Of a stretch of DNA of 64,000 nucleotides, positions 1 to 8,283 are shown one piece after another. Source of the stretch: Blastocladiella emersonii ATCC 22665 (taxonomy: Eukaryota; Fungi; Blastocladiomycota); NCBI GenBank assembly GCA_025594325.1, contig JANHCV010000010.1, positions 1,671,364 to 1,735,363 on the forward strand. The letters run 5' to 3'. The translations under genes and the position numbers were made by a program. Position 1 is the first letter of the stretch, and each line of letters opens with the position of its first letter. The notes below the pieces were generated by a model that had not been told where the DNA came from, made no database searches, and was given only the letters and a program-made list of their open reading frames with translations.

Positions 1-460
1 CGACCTTGTGCTCTGGATCGCCACTCACCTTCGAGAGACTCGGCTCGTCCAATTTCTCAATGAGCACGGGCTGGTTAAACACACTCCACAGCTGCGACTT
101 TCGAGCAAACTGACTATCCGGTTGCTTCCTGCTGCTGAGGGTGCTGGTTTCCGCTTTCCGCTGCCACGTTTCGCGTGAATGTGAGGATTCTTGATGGAGG
201 ATTCACGTAACTTTTATAGACCCGTTCTCTTTCTCTCTCCAAAGCCAAACCCCATCCATGTTAGCATAAATCCCAGTCATTGGTGTCGCGCGACGCGCGT
301 GATGCTCGGGTCACGCGCGAGCGCGTAGCGCCGATCGCGCCACATTGCCCACCACCGCGAACACGGCTGTTCGCGCCCGGCCGCAGCTGGTGACTCGCCG
401 CCCGTTTCCTGTCGCCCTCAAAAGGTGGCCGCACCCTCGCCGCGGACGTGAGCTCTCTTT

Positions 461-582
461 AGCTCACGTTTCCTGATCATACAGGTGTGTGCGGCCTCCT
501 CACCCTCCTTTTCCCTCTTGTTTCCTCTCCATCTTGTCCCCATCATTCTCCCGAATAAAGCTCACGTTTCCGGATCATACAG
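461..582 (+). repeat. 24-bp direct repeat pair (461-484 and 559-582)
   Basis: agctcacgtttcctgatcatacag versus agctcacgtttccggatcatacag: 23/24 identical, 98 bp apart. Confidence 0.9.
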
Positions 583-785
583 TTGTCTCGGGAATCGTGT
601 GGGCTCGACACCACCAGCGCCGTGCTTTCCCCCGCGGTGCTCTTCATTGGGACCACTGCTTATGGCTGCAGGACGCCGTGGAGGCGTGTATTGATCTTCA
701 GGGCAAAGAAAACTTCAAGAGCTGGCTGGCCAAGGAGATACGGAGACGGATTTCGTGTAATTGGTCTGCGGGTGCGGGGTACTAA
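561..785 (+). CDS. Possible terminal exon of a small hypothetical protein (LTFPDHTVVSGIVWARHH..DAVEACIDLQGKENFKSWLAKEIRRRISCNWSAGAGY)
   Basis: Part of ORF 489..785. It follows a pyrimidine-rich tract (about 495-550) and an AG at 559-560. The composition is protein-like, but I found no start exon and recognise no family. Confidence 0.2.
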   Translation, partial: LTFPDHTVVSGIVWARHHQRRAFPRGALHWDHCLWLQDAVEACIDLQGKENFKSWLAKEIRRRISCNWSAGAGY

Positions 786-1102
786 GTGGATGGTCGTCAG
801 GCTGGTTTGCGAGTCCTCAAATCTCTCCACAGCGAGATTAGACGCTTCGCGGTACCGTCACGGACAACATTGAGAGCGTCCACCAATTGAAGCAGAGCGC
901 CGCCACGGACCGAAATCAGCGAGTGAGTGGACGTGACGCTAAGGTGCACGTGACGTTCGACACTGACGCGCCACCGTGTGCGCCACCTGTCGGCGGTCGG
1001 CGTTCATCCCCCCCCTCCGGATCACCGTAGGCGTTCATTGACTCCTCCCGACAGTCTATGCAACGAACTACTATCACTTGACGCAATCCGCCATTCCAGT
1101 CA

Positions 1103-4100
1103 ATGACTTCCCTCGCGCCGGTTCCCGCGCCCCCTGCCCGGCGGAGGCCGTCCCGCCACCGCCCCGGCAGGACCCCGACCGCGGTGAGCGATCGCGACTG
1201 TACGTTGGTTGGATAAATAGCGTCTTGCCGCTGTTCTGCTAAGTCTACATGTTGGTAAATCTTTCCAGTGCTTCTTGCGTATGGTTTGGACTCGATGGAT
1301 GCCGATCGCTGGGTTGAGCCCAGCGGCGAATCGAGTGCTGTTGTCCACGGTCCCACGGTTTCAAGCTTAGGAAGCGCGGAACTTGTCAAATCAGCTTCCA
1401 ATGCAAGCGTTGGACCACCGGGGCTCCCTCACGCCGTTGGCCCGGCTGGCAGCCGTGGCGCTGACCTCACTGCAGCCGGCAGCGGAGCCGTCGAGGACAT
1501 CGACCCGCTTTGCCTCAAGGGCAGTATTTTCCGCGATCTTCCCCGGAACTCGGCTGTAAGCCGCGAGCAGCTCTCTATCTCGCATCGTGAGTTCGACCCC
1601 AAAAAGTTCCTTGCCCATGTTCACCCTGAAGCAACGTTTCGGGACCTCGAGTACGGGCTATCCCGGCTGGACGATACGGGCGAGCAGCAGGCGGAACTCA
1701 TGCGAGGGCTGGTCCGCGACTACTTTGGCGACTTCATCATGGCCAAGTCAACCGTCGACGGTACGCAACAGGTATTGATTTGGTGCTGCAGATATCGTTA
1801 ACTCACTCCTGTCGTTCTTTCTCCTTCCTGTCTTCAGACACCTTCCGAGCGATGAGCGCCCGCGAACTTGATCCTGCTGCTCAGTTCGGAACGGATGCGT
1901 TCTGGGACACGCTAAATATTGCCTCGACAACCAGCAGCCAAGTCTTTGGTCCTATTCTGGAACGTCGCTTGCAATCGGAGAAGATCAGATCCACCCTTGC
2001 GGTCCTGGAGCGATTCAAGTTTTTTATCAACTTACCCTCCGCTCTGCAGGCGGCTGTGCTCAATGGTCACTTGGACGCTGCGGTTCGCGACTTCAAAAAG
2101 GGGCGCGCCTTGCTGCAGTCCATGTACCCGTCCATACTTGCTCCCATGGGGGAGCCGTTTTCCTTGGTGAGTCCCGCGCTATTGCTAGCCAGCAACGCTA
2201 CTGCTTCGACCTTTTTACATCAACAGCGGCGCTTGTTTGAGGCTATTTGGGCCGAAGTTACGCATGTTACTGCTCAGGTCCAGGACCGGCTCTTTCGACA
2301 GCTCAGCGAGCATTCTCTGCCTGCAGACGAGCAAGAGCAAGCCATTTCCTTAATCCTGGATATCGACCCTGCAAGTGACCCGGTTTGGTTTTACCTCGAG
2401 TCGCGCTTCAAATGGATCCTCTCGCGACTCAAGGAGCGTGTGTCCCTTCATTACCGAGGTACGCACTGCGCAAGCTTTACCAAAGCCTCCACTTGTGGCC
2501 GTACGTGCGTTCGCTGCTAATTCGGGCGTTCCTTGTCGTTCGTTAGCTCAAGAAAGCAACTCTCAAGTACCTGAGCGTTTCCAGCCGGGCCAATTTCTGC
2601 GCGCCATTGCTGTGCGCAACAAAAAGGACTACGAGCAAGCGTTTGGTACGTATGATCCGGGTATGATCACACCGTTCAATGCTAATGTCGTCTGCACATT
2701 TTGCGATACCCATTCACCGCAGGGAAGGAGCCCGAGGCGGCAAACTGGCAAGCGCGCTCGCAGCTAATGTTGGATCTTGTTCACTGCCTTGCGGGAGCAC
2801 TCCCCGATTTTTGGAAGCTTGCCAAAGGTTACATCGAGGGCAAGTACTCATCGAGGGACAATGGTGTACAGCAACCTGTCGGACGAGCCGGTGGCCGCGG
2901 AGGTCAGCTCAACTTGGACTTGGCCAAAGTCGAGCAGTGCCATCGCATGGTCCGTGATCTCGCGGACTACTTTGGGACCCTTGTTCAACATGTTGTCGCT
3001 CTTTCACCAGCGCACGGCAACGTACCAGGTACCGTTCCCGCGCACGGATACCCAAGCACAAGTCCCCCGTCGTCACCAGTGGCAGCAGTTCCAGGGCTCA
3101 TGTCCCTTCCTCCGCTTCCGCCACTTACGCACGTCAACAGCCTCACAGTGGCAGCATTCGCACCACGGATGGCGACTTCTCTTCATGACTGTTCTGAGCA
3201 AATCCTTCAAATCAAGGTCCCCTCAGACACTGTTGCTAGCGTGTTGTCGGCAGTGGACCGGGTTAAGGCACGCCTCCTGGAAATGTTGCTGGCCTCCTGG
3301 ATCACAGGTACTCGGTTTTGCTTGAACAGCTAGATCTCTCATCGATATTGACGCGCCGTACCTCTAGACATCCACACTTTGGTTTTGCTCGAGGATTGGA
3401 AGCTGGACGAGAGCGGCTCCACTGCTCTGGTTGGCTTGTTTACTTCATACGAGAAGACCATGCTTCAGGCCGCCTATAAAGTCGCGCGTTCGGCAGCAGC
3501 CCAAGATAGCGGAGGGGCACCATCGATGCCAGCCACGCGCCTTGGCAATCTCATTGTGCCAACGTTTTTCGAATCTGTGGCCCAGTTTTTGGATGGTCTT
3601 CGCAACGTCCTTGTCACGGGACGAATCAACGAGGACCAGGCTGTTCCAGTCCCAGTCACTGCTCGGGGCAAATCTTTGCAAGGGGTCCCCGCAGGATCAC
3701 TTACTGCTGGCAGCAGCGGGACCTGGCGTGCCCTCGTCTTATTGTGCAACCTGGACGCTGTCATTCACTCGGCCATACCATCATTGGTCACGATGCTTGA
3801 ATCGCTTTCGGGGCAGCCCGTCTCTGCCGAGCTGAGCCGAGCTGTCGCGCTAGCACAGGCATTGGACGCCGAGGCCATGGTCAATGTGGTCCGGAAGTCA
3901 ATTTCTGTCCTCGAGCCTCCTTTGCTACGAGGAACAGACCCCAGCCAGGTCGACTGGCTTAACATGCCAAAGCCAACGGGTACGGGAATTCCATTTCTTC
4001 ATCGACACCACCACGTAAAGTAACCCGACCTTCCTTTCTCTACAGTCGTCCGACCTTGGGTGTACCAGGTCCTTATGGAGGTGGTCGACTTACACGCGCT

Positions 4101-4458
4101 TGTCTCCACTGCATTTCCGCCTTTGACCACGCGAGTGATCACTCAAGTGCTCGCTGGATTTTCGCAGCTCCTCATTTCAGCTGTGAAAAGGCTCGACGCG
4201 CTCGGGCTTGGCGGGCTACTCCAAGTCACCCTCGAAATCGAGTTCATTCATCAAACTTTGTCAAAGTTCGAGTCACCCGAGGCCACGGAATGTTTCCAAT
4301 CTGCATACACCTCGGCTATGCAGGCCTTCCGCCCAGCTCGCGGCGCTGACCCGCAAGCCGCCAAAGCTGAGCTGCACCAAGAGCTCGGAACTGTCAAAAA
4401 CATCCTTTCGCATGCGTTTAAAGCAACTGACCTCCAGTATTCTTGCTTCCGCTCGTGA
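1103..4458 (+). CDS. SEC5: Exocyst complex component Sec5 (EXOC2), fungal-type; join(1103..1199,1269..1760,1838..2458,2547..2645,2723..3307,3368..3979,4046..4458), 972 aa
   Basis: Six GT..AG introns (60-88 nt, most with CTAA/TTGAC-like branch sites) join the ORF-track fragments into one open frame of 2919 nt ending in TGA at 4456-4458. Sec5-family motifs I recognise: N-terminal SDRDLLLAYGLDSMDADRW; FDPKKFLAHVHPEATFRDLEYGLSRL..LVRDYFGDFIMAKSTVD; VFGPILERRLQSEKIRSTLAVLERFKFFINLP; LPDFWKLAKGYIEGKY; LEDW; VRPWVYQVLMEVVDLHALV; LQVTLEIEFIHQTL; C-terminal QYSCF. There is no N-terminal IPT/TIG domain, as in fungal Sec5. Confidence 0.93.
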
Positions 4459-4520
4459 CCGTTGGTGCATACTACACCACTGATCCTCGATTTGACTCTG
4501 TGAATTTCGTTGTTCACCGT

Positions 4521-4549
4521 TGATTATGAATAATAATTTAATTTTTAAA
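4521..4549. terminator. AT-rich tract downstream of SEC5, probable 3'-end formation region
   Basis: tgattatgaataataatttaatttttaaa, about 65-90 bp after the SEC5 stop, in otherwise GC-rich DNA. Confidence 0.4.
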
Positions 4550-4586
4550 CCTCTACTAGTTCCCATGTTGTCCCTGGCTACTCTAG

Positions 4587-5273
4587 CGGGCTCCCCTAGC
4601 TTGTGCGTGCCTGCTGCCCGTTGGTAGCCGATTCTACACGATCGGCGATCCGGCCACGGACTTGCCTATTCGCCAGCTGGTCCCCCGGGGGCGGATCCCT
4701 CTCACTATCCGCCGCGCCATGCGGGGCTACTTCATCTCGAACGTCTCGCAGCTTACTCAGCATGGCAAGATTGCAGATGGCATCAACGCACAGTACGCTG
4801 AGGAGTTGCTTTCGGGCCGCTTCAACCCAGCGACCAGGTGTTTTGTGCAAGTCTCTGAGCGAACCCAGTTCATCAAGCTCGCGACTCGCTTGCTCCAGGC
4901 CTTTCTTGCCGACCCTCAAGCCCATCCACAGTGGGGCCCGTGTGCAGCCCCTTGCACCCGCGAGCCTTGCCCACTCAGTGTTGACGACCAAGTTGCTCCA
5001 CCCATCAACATCCGCGAGGCCTTCAGCGCAGAGCTTTTTTTTTTGGAACCTTTGATTTATTCCTTAGCAGCGGTTGTAACCTGCAAGCAGAGTATCCACT
5101 GTATGACAGGCCCCGGCCTTTTTCTGGCCGTGGTGCAATGCAGCAAGGCCTGGAACACGCACATCGAGGAGCAAATGGGAAGAAGTCAGGGAAGGAGGGA
5201 AGATAGGGCAAACGGACGGAGCAAATCAGACCAGGAGCGTCAAACGAGCAGTAGCGAGAGAGAGAGCGAATGA
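4587..5273 (+). CDS. Hypothetical protein or gene fragment (open frame 4587-5273; first in-frame ATG at 4719, MRGYFISNVSQLTQHGKIADGINAQYAEELLSGRFNP..)
   Basis: A 229-codon open frame with natural-looking codon runs (tac ttc atc tcg aac; ttc atc aag ctc). The in-register minus ORF 4596..4991 reads like an antisense shadow. No family recognised and the start is uncertain. Confidence 0.3.
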   Translation, partial: RAPLACACLLPVGSRFYTIGDPATDLPIRQLVPRGRIPLTIRRAMRGYFISNVSQLTQHGKIADGINAQYAEELLSGRFNPATRCFVQVSERTQFIKLATRLLQAFLADPQAHPQWGPCAAPCTREPCPLSVDDQVAPPINIREAFSAELFFLEPLIYSLAAVVTCKQSIHCMTGPGLFLAVVQCSKAWNTHIEEQMGRSQGRREDRANGRSKSDQERQTSSSERESE

Positions 5274-5391
5274 ACAATAATCGAGACCGAGCAGCGCGAC
5301 ATGCTGGGCTGGCCAGCGGGAGAACGAGGGCACGCCGGAAAGCGAGTAGCAGGACTGTGTGGCTTTGGCCGTGGCCCGAGAGAAATGTCAG

Positions 5392-5433
5392 TTTTGTCTT
5401 TTCTTTTTTGTTCTTTTTGTTTCTTTTCTTTTT
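5392..5433 (+). repeat. T-rich low-complexity tract
   Basis: ttttgtcttttcttttttgttctttttgtttcttttcttttt, lying between two possibly convergent small ORFs. Confidence 0.7.
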
Positions 5434-5494
5434 GTGTCAATCAATGCACCGATAGGCCTGATTCAGCGACGACCACGCGTTTGCTTTGGACTTG

Positions 5495-5800
5495 TCACAT
5501 CAGGATGTGCCTTGGGGAGCCGAGCAGCCAAAGACGGACGGAGGGATCTGCAGCAAGAGCCGCCTTGGCCGAAGTGGTGGGCGGGCACACGGGCGGGTCT
5601 TCTTCACGCCCAGAGGGGTTTGGGCCGTGGGAGTGCATCGAGTGCAAGCACTGCGTGCAGAAGTGGTCTTTGTTGATGAATTTAAGGGTGGCCCTGTGTT
5701 GGCCAAATGGACGTCGGACGCGTGCGCTCGCCTCGCGGGGCGGAGCGTCGGGAACGTTGAGCGGGTCGACCTCGGCGCACCCAGCGGCGTGAGAGAGCAA
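5495..5800 (-). CDS. Hypothetical small protein or fragment with a Cys/His cluster (KFINKDHFCTQCLHSMHSHG)
   Basis: Minus ORF of 101 aa. The HFCxxCxxxxH segment could be part of a Zn-binding motif. The overlapping + ORF 5486..5920 (EVVFVDEF) looks like its antisense shadow. No ATG start was established. Confidence 0.2.
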   Translation of the reverse strand: MLSHAAGCAEVDPLNVPDAPPREASARVRRPFGQHRATLKFINKDHFCTQCLHSMHSHGPNPSGREEDPPVCPPTTSAKAALAADPSVRLWLLGSPRHILM

Positions 5801-5845
5801 GCCGAGTCACCAGAGGGAGCGCGAAGCGCGCGTCTCGCCTGGCGT

Positions 5846-6565
5846 AGGGCCTATATATCACAGTATCGAACCAACAATATATCTGACAACGGAAATATAG
5901 TAAACCAGCTACGTGGATGATTGTCGTGCTACTCAAACAAAACCATACCCAAATCTATGACTTCCCACATGTCCAGCTGGTTGAGGACCCATAAATCGTA
6001 ACGTCAAAGCAACAATGTATCTGACCATGGGAATATAGTAAACGAGCCCCGGAGATAATTGTCATGGTACGCAAACAAAACCATACTCAAGTCTATGCCT
6101 TCCCACATGTCCAGCTGGTTGGGGATCCATAAATCCCAGTATCGAACCAACAAGATATCTGACCATTGGACTATATGTAACCGATCCCGTAGGTAATTGT
6201 CATGATACCCAAACAAAACCATATTCAAATCTTTCACATCCCGCATGTCCAGCTAGCCAGGGACCCATAAATCACAGTATCCAACCAACAAAGTATCTGA
6301 CCAAAGAAAGATCATAAACCAGCCACGCAGATAATTGTCATGGTATTCAAACAAAACCATACTCAAATCTTCGAATACCCGATGTCCAGGTGGGCAAGGG
6401 CCTATACATCACAGTGTTGAACCAACAAAGTATCTGACGATCGGGATGTATCAAACCGGCCATGCTGATAATTGTCATGGTACTCAAACATAATCATAGT
6501 CAAGTCTTCGAATATCCTCACGTCCACGTGGGCAAGGACCCAAAGCGCCAGGTATCCAAATCTAC
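5846..6565. repeat. Edge block of five 138-bp monomers plus a degenerate partial monomer; the first monomer is unique to the array edge
   Basis: The anchor aaacaaaaccata (or a variant) begins at 5935, 6073, 6211, 6349 and 6486. Positions 5850-5949 differ from the corresponding internal monomer (about 8974-9073). Confidence 0.95.
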
Positions 6566-6655
6566 CCCGTTGTGCACACTCTCCATTATCCAAGTCTGTC
6601 ATCCTACAATTTTGGAACCCGTCGGCAAAGCTCACGGTCCAATCAACGAACAACA

Positions 6656-6747
6656 GCCAACCTGCCAACCTGGCTACCTACCTGCCTACCTGCCTAGCTG
6701 GCTATCTGCCTACCTGCAAACCTGCCAACCTGCCCTACCTGCTAACC
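6656..6747. repeat. Degenerate (CCTG/CCTA/CCAA)n tract, in every unit
   Basis: gccaacctgccaacctggctacctacctgcctacctgcctagctggctatctgcctacctgcaaacctgccaacctgccctacctgctaacc. Confidence 0.9.
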
Positions 6748-6830
6748 AAACACACACACCGCCTCGCAAGTCCTTGTGGGCCCGCGCTCTCTGGTTGCCG
6801 TCCCAGCCAACAAAGGAATGAATGATGAGC

Positions 6831-6895
6831 CCTGGCAGCCTGGCAGCCTGCCACACTGACAGCCTGGCAGCCTGCCACACTGACAGCCTGACAGC
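6831..6895. repeat. Two copies of a 24-bp minisatellite (gcagcctgccacactgacagcctg) with 8-bp cctggcag sub-repeats, in every unit
   Basis: Copies at 6843-6866 and 6867-6890. One copy is missing in unit 19 (about 63072-63096). Confidence 0.95.
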
Positions 6896-7660
6896 GCCCA
6901 CCCAGTAGTTATTAGCTACCTCGTATGTCGTCTGAGAGGGGTTCAGCAGTCAATATACGACTGGTCTCCTCCTGGCTGGCAGCTCTGCTGTCCACTCCAA
7001 GTCCTGCATGATGATGGGCCAAGGAGGGTTACGAGCAGCTCCTCTGTCTATCCGCGTGAAACCACTCACCCGCTGACGGATGTACACCACGCACCGTGCA
7101 GCGCGCACAGCGCACAGCGCCCAACGCACCACGCGCTGCGCACACGGCGCAAACGGCCACCCTGGTGACACGCACACTCGCATGAACGGCAGGCATGCAA
7201 GGCGTCCTGAACTCAACGATGATATATCGTCTATGTCTGCTCGCTCCAACGGGTGCGCCTGCCTGCCCTCCCTGTGCCATGGATTGATTGATTCATGTCC
7301 AGTGCTGCCCCCATGCTTGCTTTCATGGCCGCGGGGTCCGTCAGGGCGCCTTGCAATGGGTGCGCCAACCCCTGTTGCCAGCCATGTGGCAAGAAACACC
7401 ACAGCACCTGCGTCGCCCTGGCCACCGTACCTTGCAAACAGCGTAGCAGCCGTACTGCTTCAGAGGGCTGCAGAGGGCTGGCTGCGGAGGGCTGAGGCGG
7501 CAGGGCTCCTCCTGCAGGAGACAGTACTGGGGCCAAGGTGTTAGTGCTAGGGACTACTAACTGAATGGTGAATGACCCACACACCACATGCTCCTGGCAG
7601 GAGTGCGTGTGGGCGCGTGGGCCTGTGTCCGTGCGTGCCTGGATTAGTCCTCCATCACAA

Positions 7661-7710
7661 GTGACCAAGGTGACCAAGGTGACCAAGGTGACCAAGGTGA
7701 CCAAGGTGAC
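7661..7710. repeat. Perfect 9-bp tandem repeat (GTGACCAAG)5 GTGAC, in every unit
   Basis: Directly visible. It translates as VTKVTKVTK in the ORF track for 18 units and is visible at about 63867 in unit 19. Confidence 0.98.
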
Positions 7711-7844
7711 ATGCAAGCACCAAGTTAGAGCGGCGGGGCAGCCATGGAAAGAAGGGCACAGGTACAAACTACCGTACCCTGGCCGCGGCCACTTGTCGCA
7801 GAACAGCCCTGCATGGCTCAGGACGCGGCGGGCGTTGGAGACAG

Positions 7845-7875
7845 GGTAGGTAGGTAGGTAGCAGCAGCAGCAGCA
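7845..7875. repeat. Compound microsatellite (GGTA)4(GCA)5, in every unit that reaches this position
   Basis: ggtaggtaggtaggtagcagcagcagcagca. Confidence 0.95.
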
Positions 7876-8283
7876 AGGAGCAGGACCTGGCTGGCAAACA
7901 ACACAAGTGAAGGCGTGCGTGATGGAGTGAGAGAGTGTTGAATGAATGGATGGGTGGATGCGATGCAGACCAGCATACGTGTCGTGCGTCGTCCGGATTG
8001 GTCGGCGACCACCCGCCAATCCTGCGGCATGGCTGTGGGGGCGGCAGTGGTGGTAGTGGAGCTAGAGTGGTGTCGTGGGGCTGGTGGGGTCCCCTCTCCT
8101 TCCTGTCTCGCCTAGGTGGGTGGGCGGACGTAGCGCGCATGCGGGCGGGCAAGGTAGGAACGTTGTTCAAGCAATGGATCATGTACTTTATGGCATGTGA
8201 TCTGCAAGACAGGGAGGGGGAGCGACTGTGTCTAATTTTGACCGAGGGACCTTGCTGCAGCCAACGTCTGGCCCAATCCGACC

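Larger units (their letters stand above)
6566..8283. other. GC-rich non-monomer spacer of each 3124-bp unit (representative copy); no recognisable gene
   Basis: Lies between monomer blocks and contains several simple repeats. Its ORFs are low-complexity, overlap in all frames and have no recognisable domains. Confidence 0.85.

Noticed and set aside
29-202. Minus-strand exon of a divergent upstream gene (SRETWQRK..EKLDEPSLSK, followed by a GTGAGT donor at 28-23)
   Set aside because: No start codon or clear acceptor, no recognisable family, and the sequence is truncated by the window edge.
4596-4991. Minus-strand ORF (131 aa) as a gene convergent with SEC5
   Set aside because: It is codon-aligned with the longer + frame and rich in VD/DE/LDE dipeptides typical of antisense shadows. 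Not excluded, but the less likely strand.
6947-6963. tRNA-like anticodon arm (cagtc-aatatac-gactg)
   Set aside because: An isolated 5-bp hairpin. The loop does not fit the anticodon consensus, and there is no T-arm, D-arm or acceptor stem.
7780-7796. Helitron 3' end (12-bp palindrome tggccgcggcca followed by CTAG-T)
   Set aside because: The palindrome abuts CTAG without the usual ~10-nt gap, no Rep/helicase is present, and the array boundary lies in a monomer rather than at this site.
7845-7860. Telomeric repeat
   Set aside because: (GGTA)4 is short and internal, and is not a TTAGGG-type tract.
6566-8283. Spacer as an inserted transposon (MITE, LTR or SINE)
   Set aside because: No terminal inverted repeats, target-site duplication, TG..CA ends, poly-A tail or transposase/RT fragments were seen.
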